Shown here: positions 9,539 through 18,411 of the stretch, piece after piece
How positions within the stretch are numbered: position 1 is the first letter of the stretch
Layout: the number at the start of each line of letters is the position of its first letter
DNA from: Nannocystis bainbridge
GTDB taxonomy: Bacteria; Myxococcota_A; Polyangia; Nannocystales; Nannocystaceae
DNA: 64,000 nucleotides
Direction: 5' to 3'
Assembly (NCBI RefSeq): GCF_028368995.1
Contig: NZ_JAQNDL010000003.1
Location: forward strand, 160,001-224,000
Notes under the pieces: generated by a model
Databases searched by the model: none
Seen by the model: the letters and a program-made list of their open reading frames with translations, nothing else
What the model was told of the DNA's origin: nothing
Made by a program: the position numbers and the translations under genes

Positions 9539-10804
9539 TTACGCGGGGTCGGGGGGCGGCCCCCAATGTGTCGCCACGGCCGGGCTCGTCGGCCGTGGCG
9601 TGTAGTCCGGGACCACGAATGCGTCGTGCAGGCGCGCTACGCCGCCGCGCAGCCGGCTGAGCGCCCGCAGCCACGACACCGGCACGTGCTGGAACACCCG
9701 GGTCGATTGCGCGAACAGCCATAGCGCCAGCGGGCTGCCCGGCAGCAGCCGCCGCGCCGCGGCCAGGGCGAACGCCCGGCTGCTCGTCACGTACGGCCGC
9801 AGCGTCTCCTCGCAATTGCGGAAGCCTCGCACGTGGTCGCCTCCGGCCGCGGCCAGCTCGCCCGCCAGCACATAGGCCCCGACGATCGCCAGACTGGTGC
9901 TGCCGCCGACCGCCGCCCCCGGCGAATAGCCGGCGTCCCCGACCAGAGTCACCCGTCCGCGCGTCCAGGTGTCCATGCGCAATTGCGTGATGGTGTCGAA
10001 GTAAAACGCAGACGCCTGCTGCGCCGCCGCCAGCAGCCCCGGCACCTCCCAGCCCATACCCGCGAACGCCTGCGCCAGCAGCTGCTTCTGCCGCGCGACA
10101 TCGCGGTGGTGGTATTCGAGCTCACCCTCGCTGCGAAACAGGAACAGCGCGCGGGCGTCCCCCATGTGCCGCGCGGCGTACACGGCGACCAGCCGGTCGA
10201 CCCCGCTGACGAGGATTACCCGGTCGCGCAGACCCAGGTCGTTGGCGATCGTCGCCACCGCCAGGTGAGCGCCGATGGGGCGCGAGAATTGCCGCTCGGG
10301 GCCGAACACCAGCCGGCGCACGTTCGAATGCAGGCCGTCGGCGCCGACCACCAGGTCGAAGCGCCGTGGTGCGCCGCGCTCGAAGGTCACGTCGACCCCG
10401 GCGTCGTCCTGCTGCAGCGAGGCGATCGAATCGTCGTACACGTACTCGACCTCGCCCCGGCTGGCGCCGATGAGGACCTCCGCCAATTCGTCGCGCATGA
10501 CCTCGGCGTGGCGGCGCGACACCGCCTGCATCACCCGCTTCACGTCGAGCTCGATCGGCCGCTTTACCCCGTCGCGCCGCAGCGTCAACCACTCCGTCCC
10601 GGAGTGGCGCGCCTCGACCTCCGCCAGCACCCCCATCTTCTCGACGATGTCCATGGCCGGCCGGAACAGGTCGACCGCGTGTCCGCCGGTCTTGCGCAGA
10701 CCGGGGGCCCGCTCGACCACCGTGGGCTCGAACCCGTGACGCTTCAGCCAATACGCCAGCACCGGCCCGGCGACGCTGGCGCCGGAGATCAGGACTCTCT
10801 TCAT
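9539..10804 (-). CDS. FAD-dependent monooxygenase (FAD_binding_3/UbiH-like)
   Basis: ISGASVAGP, VGADGLHSNVR and LVGDAGY flavoprotein motifs. Confidence 0.92.
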   Translation of the reverse strand: MKRVLISGASVAGPVLAYWLKRHGFEPTVVERAPGLRKTGGHAVDLFRPAMDIVEKMGVLAEVEARHSGTEWLTLRRDGVKRPIELDVKRVMQAVSRRHAEVMRDELAEVLIGASRGEVEYVYDDSIASLQQDDAGVDVTFERGAPRRFDLVVGADGLHSNVRRLVFGPERQFSRPIGAHLAVATIANDLGLRDRVILVSGVDRLVAVYAARHMGDARALFLFRSEGELEYHHRDVARQKQLLAQAFAGMGWEVPGLLAAAQQASAFYFDTITQLRMDTWTRGRVTLVGDAGYSPGAAVGGSTSLAIVGAYVLAGELAAAGGDHVRGFRNCEETLRPYVTSSRAFALAAARRLLPGSPLALWLFAQSTRVFQHVPVSWLRALSRLRGGVARLHDAFVVPDYTPRPTSPAVATHWGPPPDPA

Positions 10805-10816
10805 CGTGGCTCCTTA

Positions 10817-10832
10817 CTTACCGATAGGTAAG
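10817..10832. promoter_or_regulatory. Candidate TetR operator (CTTACC-GATA-GGTAAG)
   Basis: Perfect inverted repeat between the divergent monooxygenase and TetR genes. Confidence 0.65.
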
Positions 10833-10889
10833 CACGTGGCCGCGCCGTTTTCAAGCCGCTGCGGCCCGCTCCGGCGATATCCTCCGCGG

Positions 10890-11480
10890 GTGTCCCGGCC
10901 CACCGACACCAAGGCGCGGATCCACGCGGTCGCCCGCGCGCTGTTCATGCAGCAGGGCGTGCAGCAGACCAGCCTGCGCCAGATCGCGGACCAGCTCGGC
11001 ATCACCAAGCCCGCCCTCTACTACCACTTCGATTCGCGCGAGGCCCTGGTCGCCAGCATGTTCCAGCCGCTGCTCGCCGACATGGAGGCCCACCTCGCGG
11101 CCCTCGAGGCGGCCCCGCCGAGCGACCCTCGCGTGCTGCTCGGCCAGCACTTCGACCTGCTCTCGCGCCATCGCGACCTCATCGTCATGCTCGTGCGCGA
11201 CTTCAGCATCCTCACCGAGCTCGATCTGGTGGCCCGCATGTTCGCCTGGCGCCATCGCCTCATGACCCTGCTGGTCGGCCCTGCCCCCTCGGTCGAGGCC
11301 CGCGTGCGGGCCGTCGTCGCCATCGGCGGCATGGCCGACACCGCCGTCGAGTTCCCCGACGTGCCGATGGACCGCATCAAGCCCACCGCCATCGAGGCCG
11401 CCTGCGCCGCCCTCGGCCTGCCGCCTGCGCCTCGCCCACCCGTGCGCGCCGCGGCCAAGCGCCCGCGCCGGGCCACCTGA
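10890..11480 (+). CDS. TetR/AcrR family transcriptional regulator
   Basis: HTH TSLRQIADQLGITKPALYYHFDSRE. GTG start chosen at 10890. Confidence 0.93.
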   Translation: MSRPTDTKARIHAVARALFMQQGVQQTSLRQIADQLGITKPALYYHFDSREALVASMFQPLLADMEAHLAALEAAPPSDPRVLLGQHFDLLSRHRDLIVMLVRDFSILTELDLVARMFAWRHRLMTLLVGPAPSVEARVRAVVAIGGMADTAVEFPDVPMDRIKPTAIEAACAALGLPPAPRPPVRAAAKRPRRAT

Positions 11481-11531
11481 GGCAATGGCCGGAGCGTGGC
11501 GACGATCCCCGTCCGGCCGATACGAGTGACA

Positions 11532-11613
11532 GGACAATGTCCGCACCCCGACGGACACTGTCTCGCGGTCTCCACCCAATCGCGGGACAATGTCCGCACC
11601 CCGATGGACACTG
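11532..11613. repeat. Two 29-bp direct repeats GGACAATGTCCGCACCCCGAYGGACACTG
   Basis: Copies at 11532-11560 and 11585-11613 with one mismatch. Each contains a TGTCC-N10-GGACA inverted repeat. Confidence 0.85.
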
Positions 11614-11704
11614 GTGTGAGTACAGATTGGTGGCACCCGTGAGGTGACGTCCGGATCGCCGGACGCGATCGACGATGACCGCGGGCTCGCGGCCGCGCCC
11701 GAGC

Positions 11705-11738
11705 GACATGCCCTTTGCGACATGTCTCAAAAAACATA
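11705..11738. repeat. 14-bp-periodic ACAT(G) palindrome chain (degenerate)
   Basis: GACATG 11705, GACATG 11719, AACATA 11733. Confidence 0.6.
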
Positions 11739-11852
11739 CGAGAGCGCCCGAGCGAATCCTCGTCCAACGTGGTGCTTCGGGCTCGCGGGCCGGCGGGCTC
11801 GTCCGCGATCGCGCGGCCCCGCGGGCGTGGGGACTCGGCTATCGTGTCCCAC

Positions 11853-13472
11853 ATGTCGATGCATTCCCGACCGCTCTCGCTGCTCCTGCTCGGCGTCCTG
11901 GCCTCCGCCTGCCAGGGCGACGGCGGCGCCACCGACGGCTCCACCGACGCCACGGGCGCCACCACCGACACGGCGGGCCCGGCCACGGACGCGAGCTCCG
12001 ATGCGTCCGCCGATCCGACCGACGGCTCCACGAGCACCGCCTCGTCGACCAGCGCGACCGCCTCGACCACCGGACCCACCTCGACTGCCACCACCGACGC
12101 TCCGACCGCCACCAGCACCGATCCCTCTGCCACCGATACCGACACCGACACCGGCGCGCAGGGCCTCACCTGTCCGCTCGGCGATCGGCCCGGCGTGCAG
12201 CAGCTGGCGCTCGCCCCCGCGCTGTTCAGCGAGGGAGCAGATCTCTCCGATTCGGAGGTGTGCGCGATCGTCAACCCCGAGCGGGGCTTCCACGCCTATA
12301 CCAACCTGCGCGACCTCGACGGCGGCAGCCTGGCGAACATCGCCGCCACCGGGCAATCGGTCGTCTACGGCCAGGTGCTGCTGCCCGAGTACCGCCAGGC
12401 CCCGCTCGACGCCGTCGTGCTCGACGAGGTCGCGGCCGGCTTCGACGCCGTGCGCGAGGCCGGCATGAAGGTCGTGCCGCGCTTTCACTACTCCAACGCC
12501 GGCGACGAGCCCGACGCCGAGCTGTCGCGGATCCTGGGGCACATCGAGCAGCTCACGCCGCTGCTGCAGGAGCACGCCGACGTGATCCTCACCCTGCAGG
12601 CCGGCTTCATCGGCGCGTGGGGTGAATGGCACTCCTCGCAGCACGGCCTCGACGCGCCAGGTCCGCGCAAGGAGGTCCTCGACGCCCTGCTCGCCGCGCT
12701 GCCGCCCGAGCGGACCGTGACGGTGCGCCGGCCCTCGTTCAAGCAGGACGCCTACGGCGGCCCGCTGACCGCCGACACCGCCCACGACGGCAGCCCCCTG
12801 GCCCGCGTCGGCCACGTCAACGACTGCTTCCTCGCCTCCGACAGCGACTTCGGCACCTACGACGAGCCGGGCGAGAAGGACTACGCGATCGCCGATTCGC
12901 CGTTCGTGGCGGTCGGCGGGGAGACCTGCGCCGTGAATCCGCCGCGCTCCGAGTGCCCCTCGGCGCTCGCCGAGCTGGCCCTCCACAGCTGGACGCACCT
13001 CAATTCGTCATACAACACCGACGTGCTCGACAGCTGGAAGGAGGACGGCTGCTTCGCCGAGGTCGCCTGCCGCCTCGGCTATCGCCTCGCCGTCCGCGAG
13101 CTGCGCTGGGCCGACACCGCCGCCGCGGGCAGCACGCTGCCGGTCTCGCTCGATCTGGTCAACGACGGCTTCGCCGCGCCCGTCAATGCGCGCCCGCTGG
13201 TGCTCGTATTCGCCGGCCCGACCACCTTCAGCGCCACGGTCGACGCCTTCGACATCCGCACGGTCCGGCCCGGCGAGCCGCACAGCCTGTGCGCCGACGC
13301 GGCCATCCCCGCCGACGCCCCGCCCGGGATGTACCGGATCGGCCTGCGCCTCGCCGATCCGGCCCCGAGCCTCGAAGCCGACCCGCGCCAGGCGATCCGC
13401 CTCGCCAACGACACCGGGGTCGAATGGAGCGAGGGCGTCAACTGGTTCGATGCGACCGTCGTGGTCGAGTGA
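11853..13472 (+). CDS. DUF4874/DUF4832-domain lipoprotein (putative glycoside hydrolase-like)
   Basis: Lipobox VLASAC, T/D/S-rich linker, NPERGF, LQAGFIGAWGEWH, GHVNDCFLAS, GGETC, RLGYRL. Confidence 0.85.
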   Translation: MSMHSRPLSLLLLGVLASACQGDGGATDGSTDATGATTDTAGPATDASSDASADPTDGSTSTASSTSATASTTGPTSTATTDAPTATSTDPSATDTDTDTGAQGLTCPLGDRPGVQQLALAPALFSEGADLSDSEVCAIVNPERGFHAYTNLRDLDGGSLANIAATGQSVVYGQVLLPEYRQAPLDAVVLDEVAAGFDAVREAGMKVVPRFHYSNAGDEPDAELSRILGHIEQLTPLLQEHADVILTLQAGFIGAWGEWHSSQHGLDAPGPRKEVLDALLAALPPERTVTVRRPSFKQDAYGGPLTADTAHDGSPLARVGHVNDCFLASDSDFGTYDEPGEKDYAIADSPFVAVGGETCAVNPPRSECPSALAELALHSWTHLNSSYNTDVLDSWKEDGCFAEVACRLGYRLAVRELRWADTAAAGSTLPVSLDLVNDGFAAPVNARPLVLVFAGPTTFSATVDAFDIRTVRPGEPHSLCADAAIPADAPPGMYRIGLRLADPAPSLEADPRQAIRLANDTGVEWSEGVNWFDATVVVE

Positions 13473-13484
13473 CGCACCGGCGGC

Positions 13485-13533
13485 ATGTCCCCGGGGACAT
13501 GTCCGATGAGCGCTGTCCGAACGGACAGCGCTC
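13485..13533. terminator. Palindrome ATGTCC-CCGG-GGACAT plus hairpin GAGCGCTGTCC-GAAC-GGACAGCGCTC between convergent genes
   Basis: Perfect 11-bp stem at 13508-13533 and a 16-bp palindrome at 13485-13500, lying between stops at 13472 and 13536. Confidence 0.7.
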
Positions 13534-13535
13534 CC

Positions 13536-14000
13536 TCACGGCAGCATTGCGCCGGACGTCAGGTCGAAGGTGTAGGGCATCGGCGAGTCGGAGCCGTTGA
13601 GGGTGATGTTGAACTTCCAGGCCGCGATCTTCGCCTGCATGCAGGCGAACAGCGCGTCGTGCTTGAGGGTGCTGCGCTGCGGGTCGAAGCTCGTCTTCTT
13701 GACCTTGCCGTCGCCGTCGACCACGATCGTCGCCTTGACCCGCCCGGTCGGCGCATCCGGGGCCTTGCCGGCCGTTTCCTGCCAACAGGCCACGATCTCG
13801 CCGGCGTGCTCCTCGACCTTGCGGTTGAAGTTGGCGACGTCGAGGTACGGCGACTCCTCCTCGTCCGCAGGCGCCGCCGGATCGGCCGGCGCCGCCTCCT
13901 CGCGAACGTCAGCCGTCGGCGGCGGGCTCGACGCTGCCTCCTTCTTGCAGCCGAAGGTCAGGAGCAGCACCGAGACGAGCGCGAGGCGGAGCGAAGACAT
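13536..14000 (-). CDS. Lipoprotein with AgmX/PglI (TonB C-terminal-like) domain
   Basis: Lipobox LLTFGC, EIVACWQE...PTGRVKATIVVDGDGKV...LFACMQAKIAAWKF...YTFDL. Confidence 0.75.
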   Translation of the reverse strand: MSSLRLALVSVLLLTFGCKKEAASSPPPTADVREEAAPADPAAPADEEESPYLDVANFNRKVEEHAGEIVACWQETAGKAPDAPTGRVKATIVVDGDGKVKKTSFDPQRSTLKHDALFACMQAKIAAWKFNITLNGSDSPMPYTFDLTSGAMLP

Positions 14001-14140
14001 CGGCGCCGACGGTATCACAATCGCCGGCTGACCCGCCCACGCGCGCGACCGGGCGCGGGTCCGCTCGCCGCCACGCGCGGCCGGCAAACTAGCCCCGCTC
14101 ACGCGACACGGCCACGGCCGAGCGAGTTGCCCATCATCAC

Positions 14141-14156
14141 ATGTCCCGAAGGACAT
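14141..14156. repeat. Palindrome ATGTCC-CGAA-GGACAT
   Basis: Same motif as at 13485, 28349, 29784 and 48871, just downstream of the radical SAM stop. Confidence 0.75.
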
Positions 14157-14177
14157 CCGCTCGGGCGCAAAGCCCAA

Positions 14178-15347
14178 TCAACCGAGCCCGGGCGGCAGCT
14201 CGCCCGACCACAGCGGCACCCCGCGCTCGTGCAGCGCCGCCGTCAACGCCGCCGCCTGCTCGCGCTGCCAATCCAGGCTGCCGGCGGCCGCCCAGCGCGG
14301 CTCGGCGAACTCCTGCTCTGCGCCCTCGACCCCGTGGAGCACGTCGACCCGCACCGACCCCGCGCATTCGGCCAGCGCGTCGGCCAGCGGCGCGATCGGC
14401 CCCGGCAGCAGCGGCTGCACGATCGCAAACGTGCGCAGCCCCGCCGCCTTGCACGCCTGCAGGGCCGCCAGCCGGGCCGGGATGCTGGCCGCTCGCGGCT
14501 CGAAGTGCCGCCGCGCCTCCTCGTCGATCGTCGGGATCGAGATCCCCGCCCACGCATTGGCGATCGCCGGCAGGACGTCGAGGTCGCGCTCGATCAGCCC
14601 CGAGCGCGTCAACAGCAGCACCCCCGCCTGCCACTGCGCGTCGCGCAGCGCCAGCAGCATGCGCCGCGTCAGCTGCAGCTTGCGCTCGATCGCGTGGTAC
14701 GGGTCGCTGACCACCGCGCAGAACTTGATCGGCGCCGGCGGCGAGGTCATGAGCTCGGCCGCCAGCACCTCGGGCGCGTTGACCCTCACGTCCACGTAGG
14801 AGCCCCACGGCGCCGGCGCCAGCCCCAGCAGCGCCCGCGTCTCGGCCACGTGCGACTGCGCGTAGCAGAACTTGCAGCCGATCAGGCACCCGACATACGG
14901 CGTCACCGTGTAATAGCGGCCGCCCTCGGCCGGCTCGAGCAGGCGCTCGACCGTCACCCCCCGCACGCGCGCGCCGGGCTCTTCACCTGTCTCTTCGGCC
15001 ATCTCGGCGTCGTGGGCCAGGGCCGCCAGCACCGCCTCCTCGCGGACCGCCGCGGCGCTCGCCACCGCCCGGCAGACGGTGACCCCGAGCGCGCGCAGGT
15101 CCGCCGAGACGACCTCGTCGAAGCGGTACGACAGCCCGAGCCGGCGCGTCTGCACCGCGCTGCGGCGGCCCGGGACCAGGCGGGCGACCTCGACGTGGAC
15201 CCGCGTGCCACCTGTCTCGAAGGTCAGGCGCGGCCCGCACTCGGTCGTGACCTCGGCGAGGCGCAGCCCCGGCGCGAGCTCGTCACCGCGAGCGAGCCCG
15301 CCGACGAGCGCGCGCAGGTGGACCTCGAGATCGCGGGCGCCGGGCAT
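14178..15347 (-). CDS. Radical SAM protein, spore photoproduct lyase/Rv2578c-like, with extra N-terminal domain
   Basis: PYVGCLIGCKFCYA (CxxxCxxC), SDPYHAIER..LTR, LLTRS, FEPRA. Confidence 0.88.
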   Translation of the reverse strand: MPGARDLEVHLRALVGGLARGDELAPGLRLAEVTTECGPRLTFETGGTRVHVEVARLVPGRRSAVQTRRLGLSYRFDEVVSADLRALGVTVCRAVASAAAVREEAVLAALAHDAEMAEETGEEPGARVRGVTVERLLEPAEGGRYYTVTPYVGCLIGCKFCYAQSHVAETRALLGLAPAPWGSYVDVRVNAPEVLAAELMTSPPAPIKFCAVVSDPYHAIERKLQLTRRMLLALRDAQWQAGVLLLTRSGLIERDLDVLPAIANAWAGISIPTIDEEARRHFEPRAASIPARLAALQACKAAGLRTFAIVQPLLPGPIAPLADALAECAGSVRVDVLHGVEGAEQEFAEPRWAAAGSLDWQREQAAALTAALHERGVPLWSGELPPGLG

Positions 15348-15466
15348 GCCGCCGTCGCCTATACCATGACATCGAGGCCGCAGCGGGCCAACGCCGGGAC
15401 CCATGACGAGAACGACCTGGCGGCCATGGCCGCCAGGTCGTCCTGGTTGCTCGGTGTTCTACTCGG

Positions 15467-15691
15467 CTAGCGTGTCAGACCGGCGCTCGCGTTCACCGCC
15501 TCGGAGGGGCGGTTCGCGGGGCGCTGCGGCCATTCGATCGCGAGCTTGAGAATGCGGCGCTTGAGCGCGTGGCGAGTGATCCCGAGCAACGCGGCGGCGC
15601 CGACGATGTTGCCGGCCTGGCTGAGAGCCTCGGCGCACAGTCGCCGCTCGGCCTTCTCGAGGTTGAATTCGTCAAGGATGATTTGGGCCAA
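15467..15691 (-). CDS. Small stand-alone Fis-type HTH protein
   Basis: GGAGG RBS then TTG at 15691. LEKAERRLCAEALSQAGNIVGAAALLGITRHALKRRI matches the Fis/HTH_8 pattern. Confidence 0.8.
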   Translation of the reverse strand: MAQIILDEFNLEKAERRLCAEALSQAGNIVGAAALLGITRHALKRRILKLAIEWPQRPANRPSEAVNASAGLTR

Positions 15692-16328
15692 TGAAACCTC
15701 CGTTTCGATACTCGCGGGAACGGGCAACATAATCCCGGCGAGCTCCAGATGCGAACAGCGCCAACTCACGGCCGCGCGGCCCCCACGAGCCGGTCCCGCG
15801 GCCCGAGATCGCGCATTGGAGTGTGGCTGGCAGCCCCCTGTGAATCGAGCGAGCTGTTCATATCATCAGTGTGTTCGCCGATTGCGGGCCGAATGATCTG
15901 ACCCGGCAGGTATCACCGCATCGCACATCGCCCGCGGCGGCGAGCGCGCGACCGGCGGAAGCCGCCCATACGTGGTGGCGAGGCCGCAGACCCGCCCCTC
16001 ACGCATGCGGCAGAGCCCGGCAAGCCACGGCAGCGTCGTGTCGCCGTCGCCACTCGCCGCGCCATTAGTCCGGTGCAACAGCAACCATTCATCGCCTGTC
16101 TCTCGGGCCATGTATTGTAAATATCCAGTCCATTGGATGTCGCCATCACTTCGCTTCGCAGTCTCGTGATTCGGCTCCAGTACGCGCTGCGCACCCGCAA
16201 CCCGCCGTCCGCAAACATCACAACCACGTCACGCCCGCGCGGCGCCGCGGTGAACTCCGCCGTGAGGCCGTTTCGCAGCGAAATCGCCAGTTCGCGTGTA
16301 CGCTCGGCCCGCTCCCCCGCGCCTCGCC

Positions 16329-17036
16329 ATGCCCGCCTCGATCCTCGTCGTCGACGATGAGCGCGATCTACGGTCCGCGATCTGTCACGCGCTCACGCGC
16401 GAAGGGTTCCACCCGCGCACGGCCGATACCGGCGCGCAGGGCCTCCTGCTGGCCCGCAGCGAGCCCCTGCCCGATCTCGTGCTGCTCGACCTCGACCTCC
16501 CGGACATGTCGGGCATCGCCGTGTGCCAGGCCCTCCGCGCCGACCCTGTCACGCGCGCGCTGCCAGTGATGATCGTCAGCGCGCGCGCCGAGGAGATCGA
16601 TCGCGTGCTCGGGTTCGAGGTCGGGGCCGACGATTACGTGACCAAGCCGTACAGCCTGCGCGAGCTGGTGCTGCGGATCCGCGCCGTGCTGCGCCGCCAG
16701 GCCCCGGCGCCCGCGGTCACCGAACGGGTCACCTGCGGCCGCGTGCGCGTCGACGCCGGCGCCCAGCGAGTCTGGCTCGACGACCGCGAGCTCTCGCTCA
16801 CCGCCCTGGAGCTGCGGCTCCTGATCCTGCTCGTGACCCGTCAGGGCCGCGTGCACACCCGCGAGGCGCTGCTCGCCGAGGTCTGGGGCCTGTCGCCGCA
16901 CGTCACCACGCGCACCGTCGACACCCACGTGCTGCGCCTGCGCGCCAAGCTGGGCCCGGCCGCCGGGCAGCTGCAGACGCTCCGCGGCGTCGGCTATCGC
17001 TTCGCGCCCGACGACGGCCTCGTCGAGCCGGAGTGA
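16329..17036 (+). CDS. OmpR/PhoB family response regulator (orphan)
   Basis: ILVVDDE, LLDLDLP, GADDYVTKPYS, winged helix RTVDTHVLRLRAKL...TLRGVGY. Confidence 0.95.
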   Translation: MPASILVVDDERDLRSAICHALTREGFHPRTADTGAQGLLLARSEPLPDLVLLDLDLPDMSGIAVCQALRADPVTRALPVMIVSARAEEIDRVLGFEVGADDYVTKPYSLRELVLRIRAVLRRQAPAPAVTERVTCGRVRVDAGAQRVWLDDRELSLTALELRLLILLVTRQGRVHTREALLAEVWGLSPHVTTRTVDTHVLRLRAKLGPAAGQLQTLRGVGYRFAPDDGLVEPE

Positions 17037-17173
17037 TCCCGCAATCGAACCACGCGCCCGGGTCTGCGCCTGAACGTGCAGCCGGGGCGAACCCGGGCGA
17101 GCCGCCGCCCTCGACGCGGCGCGCAGGCAGATCGGCCCGGCCCGCGCCCACGGGTCACGGGCCCGCGGGGCCA

Positions 17174-18031
17174 TCAATGCGTGACGAAGCGATCGCTCTC
17201 GCGCAGGCACGCCTGCAGCGCGTCCTGCAGGTTGCGGTGGCTGAGGAACGGCGAGATGTCGACCCCGAGGTTCGTCATCGTCTGCGCGATCGCGGGGTTG
17301 ACCCCCGACAGCCGCACCTGCCCGCCCAGCAGCCCGACCGCGCGGATGATGCGATACAGCTGCTCGGCCGTGGTCGAGTCGACCGAATCGACGCCGGTCA
17401 TGTCCATGATCGCGTAGCGGGCCCGCAGCCGCACCACCTCGGCCAGCAGCCGGTCCATGATCTCGGACGCCCGCTCGGCATTGACCGCACCGACCAGCGG
17501 CAGCGTGATGATGTTGTCCCACAGCTGAATGATCGGGGTCGAGAGGGCCCGGATCGCCTTTTGCTGGCGGGTGATGAGCTCGAGCTGATCGCGCGCGGTC
17601 TCCTCGGCGAGCTTGAGCGTGGTGATGTCGCGGACCACCCCGATCGCGCGGATCTTGCCCTTGTTGTCGGCGTCGGGCAGCGAATCGCCGAACACCTGCC
17701 ACCAGCGGATCTCGCCCTGGCGGTTGATCACCCGGTACTCGGCGAAGATCGGCTTGCCGGTCATCAGGTGGTCGGCGATCGCTTTCGACGACGTCCCCAC
17801 GTCCTCCGGGTGAATGGCGTCCCACCAGCTGCTGGCGACCTGGGGGAAGCCGCGCTCGGGGTAGCCGAGGAGCTCGGGGAACCGCTCCGAATAATGCACG
17901 GGGATGTTGCGGTGGAACGCCTGCTCGGGATCGACGGCCGGGTACTCCCAGATCCCGTCGCCAGAGACCGCTATCGCCATTGCATATCGTTCGAGAAGAC
18001 GGCGGATCTCCGTCTCGTCGTTCATCATCAT
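17174..18031 (-). CDS. PAS-STAS (RsbR-like) protein
   Basis: PAS: GDGIWE...AIHPED...EYRVINRQGEIRW...GVVRDIT. RsbR STAS: LSTPIIQLWD..LPLVG..DMTGVDSVD..LSGVNPAIAQTM. Confidence 0.92.
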   Translation of the reverse strand: MMMNDETEIRRLLERYAMAIAVSGDGIWEYPAVDPEQAFHRNIPVHYSERFPELLGYPERGFPQVASSWWDAIHPEDVGTSSKAIADHLMTGKPIFAEYRVINRQGEIRWWQVFGDSLPDADNKGKIRAIGVVRDITTLKLAEETARDQLELITRQQKAIRALSTPIIQLWDNIITLPLVGAVNAERASEIMDRLLAEVVRLRARYAIMDMTGVDSVDSTTAEQLYRIIRAVGLLGGQVRLSGVNPAIAQTMTNLGVDISPFLSHRNLQDALQACLRESDRFVTH

Positions 18032-18411
18032 CGGCCCCTGTCCTCCGCGCCTCACCCTATCAGCCGGAGCCGTCGGCGAAAAGCGGCAAAGTTCCCGCCT
18101 GCTTCGTTCCCAACTCTCCACAAATGCATGCAGTGGGCGCGGTTTCGCTCATTCTTAGGCGAGGCCCCGACGACGAGTCGCGCAGCATCGAGCGGCCGCA
18201 GCGCGCCGCCGGGGCGCCTCTGCATCGGTTCCTCCGACCGCGCCGCACACGCCGGCGCAAACTCCGCGACGGGCGCCGATGTGAGTCTCCATTCTCCGGC
18301 TTTTCCGCGCACCCCCCTTCCGCCGCTGTGGTCGGCGTGGCATAGACCCGGGCGAATGGTGGCTGCACGTGGTGTAGCCATTCGGGTGGCCGTCGAGGAC
18401 GGGGGGCCGAC

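Noticed and set aside
11532-11613. Possible mini-CRISPR (29-bp repeats, 24-bp gap)
   Set aside because: Only two copies, no cas genes or leader. Better explained as part of the TGTCC/GGACA palindrome family.
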